Source of the DNA: Hemiscyllium ocellatum
Taxonomy: Eukaryota
Direction: 5' to 3'
DNA length: 64,000 nt
NCBI RefSeq assembly: GCF_020745735.1
Contig: NC_083414.1
Location: forward strand, 60,208,013 to 60,272,012
In this document: positions 23,191 to 36,740 of the stretch, in pieces
Numbering within the stretch: position 1 is the stretch's first letter
How the letters are laid out: each line of letters begins with the position of its first letter
Program-made: the position numbers and the translations under genes
Notes under the pieces: model-generated
What the model saw: the letters and a program-made list of their open reading frames with translations, nothing else
Told to the model about the DNA's origin: nothing
Databases searched by the model: none

Positions 23191-26100
23191 TTGCCAGACA
23201 GTTTCAGAAGGCTTTGGAGAAAGGGAAGACTGATCTGTGATTCTCTGACAGGGACCTGGAGATCCTGGCTCAGGGGGATGGTGAAGAGGAGAGTCATCCT
23301 TTTCAATGAGGAATAGCAGAGGAGGTGACACTACCACAACCTGGCGGCATGGTTTGAGGTCACTGCCCAAGTCAGGAGAAATGGACAGCAGGGCAGTAGG
23401 AAGGTCAATGATTTTTTTCTATTTCGCGAGGGTAAAAGTCACATACTTCTTTCTGTTACCTCACACTCACTCTATCTCAACTACTGCACCCAACTCCCAC
23501 CAATGCTCATTATCTACCACTCTCACTATTGTCTACAACAAATAACTGATCTGGAATTTCCTGCTTTCTGCCTTCCCCTTTTGTTTCCCACCTATGAATA
23601 AAGGAATTACATTAACTATTTCCTTATTGTAAGGAACGTTCTACAAATCTAATTAGCCTTAGAATTTTAAAACTACCTCACCACATATTTCTTTTAAGAT
23701 ACAGGATGAGATCTGTCAGGATCCGAGACTTGCCAAATAGCATTTCTGACAACTTACTCAGTGTTACTTCCTGGTAATTGTAACTTTCTGGAGTTCCTCC
23801 GGGACAACTCTTGGTCCTTGATTAGACTTTTAAAAATGGCTGCCTGAATGTCAGAGTTTGATCCACAAGATGTGTTTGGGGGCTGTGTTGAGCTGGGTAA
23901 CATTGCACTGAGTGCAAAGGTGCTCAATTGCTGAGGTGGCCAGTGCATCAGTAACTTAATACTGTTTCAGAAGAGAGGTACAGTAAACGTCATTCTTCAT
24001 ATCCACTCACACTCCGCTATACAATTCCATGTCCCATCATGCCAATCTATGCCTCCAAATGCCTGTCGCCCTTTTATCTTTGGAGTCAATGTATGCCCCT
24101 TCCCCAAGGTATCATGGTCCCACATGCTCTCAATATCAACCTATGTACCTGTAACAAACCCCTAAGATCTTTATAGTCCCATGTGCCAACATATTTTGAT
24201 CTATTCCTTCCAATAACCATCTCCTGCTCTTATGCTCACCTGGCAATTCATCCATCATGGGCAGGCCTAAGAACCCATAAAGTGAAAAGACAATATAAAT
24301 TCTTGTGAATAAAGTTTTAAGAGTGTGTTGCAGACTTCATGTTATTGTGAAAAACACTGTGGTTTATGAAAACCTCTTTGCTAAATGTACATTTCTTCAA
24401 CTATTTAATGGATTATAACAACAAACACTTTACTCACTTCCACAATCAGTTATGACAACTGCATTGAAATTCATTTATAGGCCACTTCAAAGAATCTACA
24501 AAAACTTAAACAAACTATAGAATAGCCAGGCACCTGACTGTGATAATGGTTGGTTGTAAACTCAGTGATGCAGCAGTAATCCAGTAATGGAATTCGTTAA
24601 GTTTATATCAAGGACAGAGTAAAATAGTTTCTTTCTTAAAATAGCAGTCCAGACACTTTTCTAAAGATTTAAAGACCAGAGCTTTTAAATGCTGTAATGT
24701 GATTTTTTCACAGGATTTCTTTTTATTTTTGGCAATTTTTTTTTGACATTTACTTTTTGTACATTTGGAAGCTGATTTTGACAGGGCTGTTGACATTTCC
24801 ATTAGTTGACAGTTGGTGAATTTCTGTACTTGCTTCGAGAGTGTGGAAGCGAAAACGATGAATGATTTAAATAGGAAATTAAAACCCATAGAGCTGGAGA
24901 AGTAGACCGAATGAATAGCAAACCAACATGGACATAATAGGCTAATTCTTTTATGGAGAAAGAAAGGATATGTTGATGGGTAAGAGAAGTAGGGAGGGAA
25001 TAGGCTTTTACTAAGTATTAACACTGGCACAGGCCTATGGCAAAATCGAACTGTAAACATGACATTAAGAGTTGGGGGAAAATAGTTAAAACCAAAGTCA
25101 ATTCTCAGTCTGCAAGTCACCTCAATGTCTCTATCTTTCCCTCTTCAATCATTTTCATTTTCTCTTTCGGTCTTCCTGATGCTCATTCACGTATTCCAAT
25201 CTCAGCTTTTCCCAATCGGTTGATTGGCTCCGCATCACACTAACAGTGTTTTATTCCTGTTTTAGAATTAAAGTGTAATTAGTCTGCACTTCTAACAATA
25301 TTAGATAGGGTGTTTGACTGTTATGGTTTATTGCTTGATTAGAGTAGGGCAATTAGGCGCCATTTAAAATTGTTATTTCTAGACAGCAAACGGTACTTTG
25401 TTTGCTTAATCTTCTGAAAATATAGCAAAAGAAAACAGACATTTTTCATTTCGGATCCGACTTATTAATGATTTTAATGTAGGAAAATTTCCCAAGGTGA
25501 TCCACAGGGGAGAAAAAAGGATAATGTCAAGCCCCCGCAGGAACTTGACTGATTTTTTTTTGGAGAAAGCTTTCAGAGGGACAGCAAAACTTGAAGAGTT
25601 GGAAGGAGTGAGGGAGAAAATTCCAGAAAATCAACATTAGTGCAAATAAAAATGCTGCTGCTGCAAATCAAATACACGTAACAAGTATATCTTTGTATGT
25701 TTGTGGTCATTATTGATGACCCTTAATATCTTGCATGCTTATTGCTCCTTCTGTAAATTCCTTCAATCAGAAAATGTTATTCGGGAGAGTTTGTCTTCTT
25801 GACTTCCAGAAAATGATTCCAAAAATCTGCACCAAAACAACAGACCATCCTGGAATTAATTTAATGCCATTTGTATGAACGAGCAGATCCCTGAATACAT
25901 TGTGATCATTAAGAAGCTGCTTATTTGCATTATGCATTCAGCTTCAAGGCTAAGACTGCTTTCCTGTGCTGTTTTCAGTGCTGAACTATCTCAGCTATGT
26001 GATCAGTCACAAATGAGATTACATTTTTAGTAAATGAGCAGAGAGCCTTGCAATATTAATATTTGCATGTTGACTGTGATATATCATAGAACTGCAATCT

Positions 26101-26291
26101 GAATTGGTTGCAATATTATTTCTTACTATGATTGTTTAGTTCTAACCCTCAAACTTACATGGTGGTAAAGAGAGCTCCTGTGACATAATGACAGTGCTCC
26201 TGCCTCTGAGACAGAAAACGCAGGTTTAAGTTCCACCTTCTTAAAGGTGTACCATAATGCATCTGGTCATTTTGATTGAAATATATCTTCA

Positions 26292-27815
26292 TTTTTTACT
26301 CATCTTGTGGGATGTGGGCACCGCTGGCTGGCCAGCATTTATTGCCCATCCTTAATTGCCCTTGAGAAGATGGTGGTGAGTTCCTGTCTTGAACCACTGT
26401 GGTCCATCTGTATCTTACTAGTGATAGCCACAGCCTGACATTTGTGTGGCTTAAATGTTACTTGCCATTTGACAGTCCAAGCCTGGATATTGTCCAGGTC
26501 TTGTTGCATTTGGACATGGACTGCTTCAGTATCTGAGGAGTCATGAATGATGCTGAACATTGTGCAATTATCGGTGAATATCCCCACTTCTGACCTTATG
26601 ATGGAAACTGGGTCATTGATGAAGAAGCTGAAGATAGTTGAGCCAAGGATGTTACCCCGAGGAACCCCTGCAGTGATGTCCTGGAGTAGAGATGACTGAT
26701 GTCAAACAACAACAATCATCTTCCTGTGAGTCAGGTATGACTCTAACCAGTGGAGAGATTGCCACCTGATACCCATTGATTCCAGTTTTGCTCAGGTTCT
26801 TTGATGCCTCACTTGGTTGAATGCAGCCTTGATGTCAAGGGCTGTCACTTTCACCTCTCCTCTGGTATTCAGCTCTTTTGTCCATGTTTGAACCAAGGCT
26901 GTTATGAGGTCAGGAGCTGAGCAGCCCTAGTCAAACCCAAGCTGGGCATCACTGGGCAGGTTATTGCTGAGCAGGTGCTGCTTGATAGCACTGTTGATGA
27001 CACCTTCCATCACTTTACCAATGATCGAGAGTAGGCTGATGGGGCAGTTGTTGGCTGGGTTGGATTTGTCCTCTTTTTTGTACAGGACATACCTGGGCAA
27101 TTTTCCACAGGGTAGGTGCCAGTGTTGTAATTATAATGGAAGAGCTTGACTAGAGGAATGGCAAGTTCTGGAACACAAGCCTTCAGTAGTATTGTTGGAA
27201 TGTTGTCAGGGCCTGTAGTCTTTGCAGTATCCAGTATCTCTAACTATTTCTTGATATTATGTGGAGTGAATTGAATTGGCTGGAGACTGGTATCTGTAAT
27301 GCTGGGGATCACTCCAGGAGGATCATCCAATTGGCACTTCTGGCTGAAGATTGTTGCAAATGCTTCAGCCTTACCTTTTGCACTGATGTGCAGGGCTCTT
27401 CCATCATTGAGTATGGGGATACTTGTGCAGCCTACTCCTTCGGTGAGTTGTTTTATTGAAAATTCACAATTGGATGTGATAGGCCTGCAGAGCTTAGATC
27501 GGATCCATTGTTGTAGGATTGCTTAGCTGTGTCTATAACTTGCTACTTACGCTGTTTGCCATGCAAGTAGTACTGTTTAGTAGATTCACCAAGTTGACAA
27601 TTCACTTTCAGGTATGCTGGTGCTGCTTCTGACATGACCTCCCACATTCTCCACTGAACCAGGGTTGATCCCCTGGCTTGATGGTAATGGTCAAATGGTT
27701 GTATTTAAATTCCACCTTCTCCTATGGCATGATTCAAACCCGGGTCCCCAGAATGTTAGCTGAGTTTCTGCATTAGTAATCTAGCGACAATACCTTTAGG
27801 CCATCACCTCTCCCT
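26292..27815 (-). mobile_element. CR1-group/L2-like LINE body with internal deletion, fused to a tRNA-derived SINE head
   Basis: Minus strand: tRNA-like head (27700-27815), TITIKPGDQPWF, LDIKAAF, GVPRGNILG, GIFTDNCTMF...QQDLDNIQAW..KWQVTF.PHKCQ, then tail caagggcaattaaggatgggcaataaatgctggccagccagc. Confidence 0.85.
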
Positions 27816-28459
27816 TTGTTGAGGAGACTTTCAAGGTGACCACAAAATATCTTTGCCGTGAAAAGGATTGACCTGGATGCATTTTTTTCTAACCTGAAAC
27901 ACTTAAATTTCATTTTTAATACAGTCCATTCTCCAATCGCCCTTTAAAAAAAGATCTTCTTGCTGTCAGCTCAATTATTGACACTTGCCGACTTATGACA
28001 TTAGCATGTTTTCAATAGGTTAACGCCATTTTGTTGTCTGAACTTAACTTCCTGTTAATGGATTGCGCTTAATGGATTTGCTTCATATACAGTACATATA
28101 GCCAGGTTCAGTCGAATTAGTAATATCCACAAAATCTCAAAAAGAATTGCTGAAATAAAATCTGACCTGGCTTCCTGTCATTTACCATTCAAATAGTTCA
28201 TCCTTAGCATTTGCGTGAGCAAGATGATATCATATTGAAGCAAATATTTTCTCGGTAACTTTGGTTTCAAAGTTAATTTTGAAGACCCAAAGCTATTGTT
28301 AAAAGCGAGACTCAATGGGTTATATATTTATTTCACCTTGGAGAAGAATTTTGTTTATTCTTCATCAGTACCAAATTTAATTACAGTTATAAAGACTTAC
28401 ATTGTGTAGGTGAGGTGAAGCTGATATTGATTCTTCACAGTGTATAAAAATATTTGCTG

Positions 28460-28940
28460 AAGAGTTCAGGAAAGATTTACAAGGATGTTTCCAGGGTAGA
28501 AGGTTTGAGCTACAGGGAGAGGCTGAATAGGCTGGGGCCATTTTCTCCAGAGCAACAGAGGCAGAGGGGTGACGTTACAGAAGTTTATAAAATCATGAAG
28601 GGCGTGTATAGAGTGAATATTCCGAGTAGGGGAGTTCAAAACTAAAGGATATAGGTTGAAGGTGAGAGGGGAAAAATTGAAAAGGGACCTAAGTGGCACT
28701 TTTTACACGGAGAGGGTGGTCCGTGTGTGGAATGAGCTGCTAGAGGAATTGAGAGAGGCTGGTAATATTACAACATTTAAAAGGCATATGGATGAGTACA
28801 TGAATAGGAAGGGTTTAGAGGGATAAGGGGGCAAATGCTGGCAAAATGGGACTAAATTAATTTAGGATATCAAGTCAGCATGGAAGAGTTGGACCGAAGG
28901 CTCTGTTTCAATGCTGCACAGCTCTATGATTCCATGACTT
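28460..28940 (+). mobile_element. CR1/HER1 3' fragment
   Basis: GLSYRERLNRLG...RQRGDVTEVYKIM; tail ggaccgaaggctctgtttcaatgctg. Confidence 0.88.
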
Positions 28941-30054
28941 TAATTAGTCAGCTCTGTATTGCCAAATCTTAATTTAAATACTCTTTCCGATGTGCTTTGA
29001 AACAGTCCAAATTGTCTGCTGGAATATGAAGAAGGAATGGTGTTACTTCTTAAAGTGTCCATTCACTTAGCCAAATTAATCACAGAGTGAACACATTAAG
29101 GAAGTTTGAACAAAATATTGGTTGTCATTACCTGAGTGAAGTGAAAGACAAATCATGTCATATTAGTTTGTGTTAAGATGTTTTGAGTGTTGAGATAAGT
29201 ATGTTTCACAATCACCAATGCTTTTGAGAATATTGACAAGCAAACGTTTTGCAGTTTAAAACAAATTCATCAAATAATTGTTGGCTTATTGCAGGAAGTG
29301 GAATTTATGAACATGATATTATATTGGCACCATGCATTCTATTGTGAACCCCTAGTGGGATTACCATTTTCACCATGGGTTACTGTTCCACAAACAGACC
29401 ATAAGGAACATAGCAACAGGAGCAGGCCATTCAGCCCATTGAGCCTATTCTGACAGGCAATGAGATCTGTGGGCTAATTCAAACAAATGGTGGAACAAGA
29501 GTAGCGTGAATCTTGCAGCTACTCCTGAGTTGCAGGCTGTTCTTGTGAATTTCCTCTGTTTTTTCTACACGTCAGAAGCAGAAAACGTGCATTTAAAATG
29601 ATTTTTGAAACTTTTATAATCCAAAATAAATTTGCAAAGAGAAAAAAGTACCCGAGGGAGGAGAGGTTGTTTTTCATAAGAAGCTTGTGAGAGAGGTCTG
29701 GCCACGTGCTTGATGAGCGTCGACAGCTTGTGACAGAGTTTTTTTCTTCTATTTGCAAGGCTTTCATTTTCGTTGTGTTTGTTGTTGCTGTTTAAATAAC
29801 AACAGGGATCAAGGATTTCCTTTCTCAATTTTGGAGGTTTGAAAGCTGACTGACAGAGAATTAGAATAAATAATTGAAAAGGGGGCTTTTCTTGTTTGAT
29901 GGTGTTTCAGCAAAGTGCTTGGTTTATTATTTAAGACTTCCAATTCTTTTCTGCCTTCTGCATGCTTAAGATTAAATCTGTGGGTCAGGCAGGGTAGTTT
30001 TTTTTAATATCTAAGGTTCTTGTAAAAACTTCACTTCAGATGTTTTATTTTGCA

Positions 30055-30124
30055 TTTGAGACAGAATACCTCAAGGCCTTATTCATCATAGCCGGTGATT
30101 TTAACCAGGCCAACCTCAAGAGAG
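30055..30124 (+). mobile_element. Rex1/Babar APE endonuclease fragment
   Basis: Translates FETEYLKALFIIAGDFNQANLKR. Confidence 0.65.
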
Positions 30125-30125
30125 C

Positions 30126-30449
30126 ATAGAATAACCTACAGTGTGGAAATGGGCCCTTCGGCCCAGCAAATCCACACCAACCCTCTGAAGAGTATCCCAC
30201 CCAGAGCCATTCCCCTGACTAATGATCCTAACTTACACTTCCATGAACACGATGGGCAATTTAGCTTGGCCAATTCACCTAACTTACACATCTTTGGACT
30301 GTGGGAGGAAACCAGAGCACCCAGAGGAAACCCACACAGACACGGGGAGACCTTGCAAATTCCACACAAAAAGTTACCTAAGGCTGAAATTGAACCAAGG
30401 TCCCTGGAGCTGTGAGGCAGCAGTGCTAACCACTGAGCCACCATGCCAC
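30126..30449 (-). mobile_element. HE1-type SINE
   Basis: Full reverse-complement HE1 (head ctgtgaggcagcagtgctaaccactgagccacc). Confidence 0.92.
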
Positions 30450-30494
30450 CATATAAATTGATGCTATTTTTCGCATTCAAATCTTTAACATTTT

Positions 30495-32172
30495 GAGGAT
30501 CTTCACCATGGACATCCAGTCCTGGTACACATCCATCCACCATGCTGAAGCCCTCCAAGTCCGCCTTTCTTCCTCTCACAAATTCCCAAACAGTACCCCT
30601 CCACCAACACACTTATTCAATTGGCTGAACTGTCTTCACCCTCAACAATTTTTCCTTCCAATCTTCCCACTTCCTCCAGACCAAAGGGTAACCATCGACG
30701 CACACATGGGCCCCAGCTATGCCTGCCTCTTTGTCAGATACATCATCTTCTGCAGCTACACTGGTACCACTCCCTACCTTTTCCTCTGATAAATCGATGA
30801 CTGTATTGGCACCACTTCATGAGGAGGTTGAGCAGTTCATCAACTTCGATAACACCTTCCACCCTGCCCTCAAGTTCACCTGGACCATCTCGGACACTAC
30901 TCTCCTCTTCCTGGACTTTTCCATCTCCATTTCTGGTGACTGATTCAACATAAACATCTACTTCAAACCCACCGACTCCCACAGCTACCTGAACTACACC
31001 TTGTCCCACAAATCCTCTCTGTAAAAATGCTATATCTATTCTGAATTCCTCATCTCTGCCGCATCTATTCCTAGGAGGAGCAATTCTACTACAGAACATC
31101 CTAAATGGCCTCCTACTTCAAGGACCGCAATTTTCCCTCCTACATGGTCAACAACGCCCTCCAGCATATCTCCTCCACTTCCCGCACCTCTGCCCTTGAA
31201 CTCCATGCCTCCAACCACAACAAGGATAGAACCCCCAGTCCCCACCTTCCACCTCACCAATCTCTGGATCCAATGTATCATTTCCACCCGACACTCAGAC
31301 GCCACCATCAGAAATATATTTCCTTCCCCACCCTTATCAGCATTCTGCAGAGACCATTCCCTCTGCAACTCCCTTGTTAGGTCCATGCTCCCCCATCAAC
31401 CAACCCTCCAATCCGGCCACCTTTCTGTGCCACTGCAAGAGATGTAAAACCTGCACCCACACCTCCCCCTTCACCTCCAGCCAAAGCCCCAAAGGATCCT
31501 TTCACATCCAGCAGAGATTTACCTACACATCTAAGCATCTCATCTACTGTGTCCATTGCTCTCGATGTGGTCTCCTCTATATTAGGGAGACTGGACGCCA
31601 ACTTGTGAAATGGTTCAGAAAACATCTCTGGGACACATGCACTGAACAATTCCATGGCCCTGTGGCTGAACACTTCAACTCCCCCTCCCAATCTGCCAAG
31701 GACATGCAAATCCTGGTCCTCCTCCACCGCCAAATCCAAGCCACCCGACGCCTGGAGGAAGAATGCCTTATTTTCTGCCTTTGGGGACCCACCAACCACA
31801 TGGCATCAATGTCAATTCCACCAGTTTTCTTATCTCCTTTCCCCCACCTCATCCCAGATCCAACCCTCCAACTTGATACTGCCCTCTTGTACTGTCCCAC
31901 TTGTCCACCTTCCTTCCCACCTATCTGCTTCACCCTCCACTCTGGCCTATCACCATCATCTCTCACCTTCATCTACCTATCACTTTCGAAGCTACCTTCC
32001 CCCCCAGCTCCATGCCCCCTCCCATTTATCCCCACTGCCCCTCCCCCTGACACACACACACACACACACAAACACATTCTTGATGAAGTGCCTTTGCCTG
32101 AAATGTCACCTCTCCTGCCCCTCGGAGGCTGCGTGACGCTGTGCTTTTTCCAGCACCACACTTTTTGACTGA
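30495..32172 (+). mobile_element. Decayed Penelope family A copy (RT + GIY-YIG pseudogene)
   Basis: IFTMDIQSWYTSI, MGPSYACLF, CHCKRCKTC, LIYCVHCSRCGLLYIRETG. Colinear with 16431-18212 but frameshifted; mutated hammerhead at ~32078-32110. Confidence 0.92.
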
Positions 32173-32216
32173 AGTGTTAGCAGAGGAACGCTTTGAGATT
32201 AGTAATCATAATCTTA

Positions 32217-32525
32217 GGGCAGCCCGGTGGCTCAGTGGTTAGCACAGCTGCCTCACAGCGCCAGGCACCCAGATTCAATTTCAGCCTCAGGCGACTGTCT
32301 GTGTGGAGTTTGTCCCCGAATCTGCGTGGGATTCCTCTGGGTGCTCTGGTTTTCTCCCACAGTCCAAAGATGTGCAGGTTAGGTGAATTGGCCATGCTAA
32401 ATAGCCCATAGTGTTACGTGCATTCATCAGAGGGAAATGGGTCTGGGTAGGTTAATCTTTGGGGGCTTGGTGTGGACTTGTTGGGCCGAAGGGCTTGTTT
32501 CCATATTGTAAAGAATCTAATCATA
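32217..32525 (+). mobile_element. HE1-type SINE
   Basis: ggtggctcagtggttagcacagctgcctcacagcgcc...gggccgaagggcttgtttcca. Confidence 0.92.
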
Positions 32526-32589
32526 ATTCTATTTGTATTAAAATAGTTATCGAAAAGGATAGCCCTTCTGAAAAAATTTAAAATTCTTC

Positions 32590-34690
32590 ACTGGAGTAAG
32601 GAGAATTTTAATGGCATGAGACAGCAACTTTCAAAATTTGATTTGTGTTGACTGTTCACAGGTAAAGGGATGACTGAAAAGTGGGATAACAAGAGTTTAG
32701 AGGCATTATGTTCCTGTTAGATTGAAGGGTAAACCTGGTAAGAATAGAGAAGAATGGATGAATTAAAGATATTAAGCTTCTGGTCAAAATTAGAAAGAGT
32801 CATATATTATTTATAGCCAACTGGGATCATATGAATCTCTTGAAGAGTATAAGGGGTGCAGGGGCATTCTTAATAGAGAAATCAGGATGGCAAAAAGGGG
32901 AATATGAGATAGCCTGAGCAGATAAGGTTAGGGATAATCCAAAGAGATTCAACAAGTATGTTAAGAGCAAATGTGAACTAGGGAGAGAATGGGGCCCCTT
33001 AAAGATCTATGTCGTGAACCTCAGGAGATGGGAGAGATATTAAGTGAATATTTTATGTCAATTTTTGTTGTGGAGAAAGCAATGAAACCTAGAAAACTAA
33101 GGAAAACAAATCATGGTGTTTTAAAAACAGTTCACATGACAGAAGAGGAAATGCTGGAAGTCTTAGAAACCATAAATGTGGATAAATCTCTGGGGCCTGA
33201 TCAAGTGAGTCCCAGGACATTGTGGGATTTAGGGAAGAAATTACAGGATCCCGAGCAGAGATATTTGCACCATCTGTAACCACAGGTGAGGTGCCAGAGG
33301 ACTGTAGATTGGCTAATGCTTAAGAGCTTATTTAAGAAAGGCTATAAGGAGAAACCTGGGAACTGTAGACATTGGTAAGTTGTTGGAGGTGATTCTGAAA
33401 GCTAGGATTTACATACATTTGGAGAAGCAAGGAGTGATTAAGAATAGTCAGCATGACTTTGCACATGATAAATGGTATTGCACGAACTTGATTGAGTTTT
33501 TGAGGAAGTAACCTCGAAGATTGATGAGAGCAGAGGGGTAGACGCTGTTTATATGGACTGTAATAAAGGCTTCATATAGCAGACTAATTGGTAAAATTAG
33601 GTCACATGAGATTGAGGGAGAGCTTGCCCTTTGGATACGTAATTGGCTTAATGACAGGAGACAGAAAGTGGTGGTTGAGGGTTGTATTTTGGACTGGAAA
33701 CCAGTGACCAGAGGTGTTCCACAGAGATTGGAGCTGGGTCTACTTTTGTTTGTCATTGATACGAACAATTTGGATGAGAATTTAGGAGACATAGTTACAA
33801 AGTTTGTAATGACATCTAAATCAGTGGTATAGTAGACAGTGAAGGAGGTTATTTCAGATTAGGAAGAGATCTTGATCAATTGGGTCAATCTGCTGAGGAA
33901 TGGCAGCTGGAGTTTTGGTTAAATTTGAGATATTGCACTTTGCTAAAACAAACAAGGGCAGGACTTCTACCATTAATGGTAGGCCCTGGATAACATTGGA
34001 GAACAGAGAGACCTGCTGGTTCAGGTACATTAGTTCTTTAAAATTTGTATCACATATAGACAGGGTGGTTAAGAAGGCATTTAGCATGCTGGCCTTCATT
34101 GCTCAGGCCTTTGAGTGTAGGAGTTGGAATGTCATGTTGAGGTTGCGCAGGATGTTGGTGAGGCCTTTTCTGGAATACTGTGTATCGTTCTCGTCACCCT
34201 ACTTGCCATCCTGATATTCTTAAATTGGAGAGGATTCCAAAAATATTTAACAGGATGTTACCAGGAATCAAAGGTTTGAGTTATAAAGATAGGCTGTAAA
34301 CTTTTTCCACTGGAATGCTGGAGATTGAAGGGTGGCTTTATTGAATTTTATAAAATCGTGAAGAGCGTAGATAAGGTGGATAGCAAGGTCTTTTCACTGG
34401 GGTGGGGGAATTCAGAACTAGGGGGCATATTTATAAGGTGAGAAGAGAAAGATTTGAAATGAATATAGGGACAACATTTTTTACACAGAAAGGGTTTTAT
34501 GTGTGGAATGAACTGCTAGAGGAAGTGGTGGATGCAGATATAGTTACAATATTTAAAATATATTTGAATAGGTGCATGAATAGTTTGGAGGATTATGGGC
34601 CAAATGCAAGTAAGTGGGACTAGTTTGGTTTGGCAACATGGTTGCCATGGACTAGTTGGACTAAAAGGCTTGTTTCCATGCTGTGTAACA
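32590..34690 (+). mobile_element. CR1/HER1 ORF2 pseudogene to 3' end
   Basis: EMGEILSEYF, DKSLGPDQ, LVRPFLEYCV; tail ggactaaaaggcttgtttccatgctgtg. Confidence 0.9.
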
Positions 34691-35489
34691 CTTTTAACTC
34701 CTTATCCCTTTGGCCCATTTCCCTTAATAGTTTTGCTTAACACACACACAAAAAAACCCACCTCAGATTTAAAATTAGCAACTGATCTAACATCAACTGC
34801 TGTTTTTGGAAGAGAGTTCCAAACCACTTCTGAACATCTTGCCTGAAATGTCAAAGCTACACAATAGACCACACTTACATCATCTGAACAGGTCATACCC
34901 TCAATTATATGCAAATGGTTCACTCATTTGCGTGAACAGTTTCTGTCCCTCAATCTTATTAACTGACACTATAGTTTGCACATTGATTTTCCTCTTTAAT
35001 TTAATGACCCTGGGCTGGTTATGGTGGCCTCATTATTCAGTCAGCTGAACCAATCCACCACAAGCCAATGATTGCACCTTTGACCTTTGTAAAATTCACC
35101 AACAGAAACATTCCACCTAAAATTCCACCCGAAGATTCATTCTGGTAGGTTGTTGATTTCCCTCATGACCTGCTGCATTAAAATAGACCAGCATGTTACA
35201 ACGAATGAAATTATTTTAAACATAATAAAACAATGTGAGTGTTCAGTGCATGTCACTTTTCTTTCAGAGCTGATTTAATTGTCAAACAATTAAGCGCAAT
35301 TATACTTGGATTATATATTTTGATGCAATTATCTTCACATGATTGCTGCTTGAACCATGGTTGTGATGTCATGGAGGTAATGCTGGTGGGCTTGTAATTT
35401 AAAACCCCAGGCTAACGTGCTGGGTTCAAATCCCACCAACAGCAAGAAATTTGATCAAGAAATCTGGAGCTTAAAGCTACTATCAGTAC

Positions 35490-36340
35490 GCCCTCCATGT
35501 GAAAAAGTTGTAGCTCAGAACGCACGGGAGATACAGGATGGCTCAGTGCCACTTCTTCCGGATGAGTGAGGTGAAGTGTAAGATCAGACTGAGGATGTCC
35601 CAGGACACTGCCACTGAGCGACCACCAGCTGCTGGAGTGGGTGGCCATCCTAGCCTGATGATAGTCAAAATAAGAGCTGCGTTGAACTTTTACGCAACTG
35701 CTTCCTTCCAAGAAACCACTTGGGGACCTGTGTGGGATTTCCCAATCTTTGACCCAGAAATGAGTCAAAGCAGTTATTGATTCACTGTTTCATCTCGGTT
35801 CCCCCTTGATGAAGTCAGTGTTGCAGCCTGGACAATAGGATTTGATGACATAGTGGGCTTCTTCCAGGTACAAGGTGACACAGACTGCATTCATGTCCAT
35901 TTGAGAGAGCCATCCCATAAGTAGGAAAGCTCTCATTAATACAAAAGGGTTCCGTCAATGTGCAAGTGATCTGTGATCATTGGTGCCAGTTCTTGCCCTG
36001 GATGATGCCCATATCCTTCAGAACTCACACATTCCTGCTGCATTTGAAAGGCCAGATACCTTACAAGGGTGATTCCTGGAAGACAGACCCTACCCACTGT
36101 CACCATGGCCAGTGACTCTATTGCTTTGACTGCTCTCATGGGGTTTTACAGTGTACTCCTGACAGACTGTGCCGCATAATCCTAGCATGTTGTGTTCTAT
36201 GCAAATTGAGCGGGCACATGGAATATGATGGATGCTGAGAAACAGGGAGAGTGGGAACCATCTTCCAAGGAGCAGGAGGATGTGGACAATGAGCGGGAGG
36301 AACGGATGCTCCAAGCCAGGCAGAACCTAATTAATGGCCA
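35490..36340 (+). pseudogene. PIF/Harbinger (HARBI1-like) DDE transposase fossil
   Basis: FFRMSEVKCKIRLRMS; VKIRAALNFYATASFQ..GDLCGISQS; FQVQGDTDCIHV; NTKGF.SVNVQVICD; decayed (WLLGD.G)YPLSPWPVT motif. Confidence 0.8.
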
Positions 36341-36414
36341 GTCCCAGTAGATGAGATCTGGGTGCACTGATTGCATATTGAAAACCAGCAGTTTTACAGC
36401 CAATCAATTAATTT

Positions 36415-36740
36415 CTTTATTCATTCATCAAGTGTGGGTGTCACTGGCTGGACTAGCATTTATTAGCCATCTGTAATTGGCCAGAGGGCAGTTAGTAGTC
36501 AACCACAATATTTGGAGTCATGTGTAGACCAGACCACGTAAAGATAGCAAATTTCCTTCCAGAAAGGACATTCTGAACTGGCTGTGTTTTTTCCTGACAA
36601 TCAGCAACAGTTTTGTGGTCATCATTAAACTCTCTTATTGATTTTACATTCTTATATTTGCTATAGCAGAATTTGAATCCCAGAACAGAACTTGGGTCTT
36701 TGGATTACATAGACTATTGATAAAACCACTAGACCATCAA
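36415..36740 (-). mobile_element. tRNA-derived SINE (family D) sharing its 3' tail with the LINE at 26292
   Basis: Minus strand: tgatggtctagtggttttatc head; aatgtcctttctggaaggaaatttgctatc..ggtctggtctacacatgactcc middle; aataaatgctagtccagccagtgacacccac tail. Head-only pieces at ~35370-35480 (+) and 37360-37480 (-). Confidence 0.7.

Noticed and set aside
24608-25120. 170-aa ORF
   Set aside because: Low-complexity AT-rich composition, no motifs.
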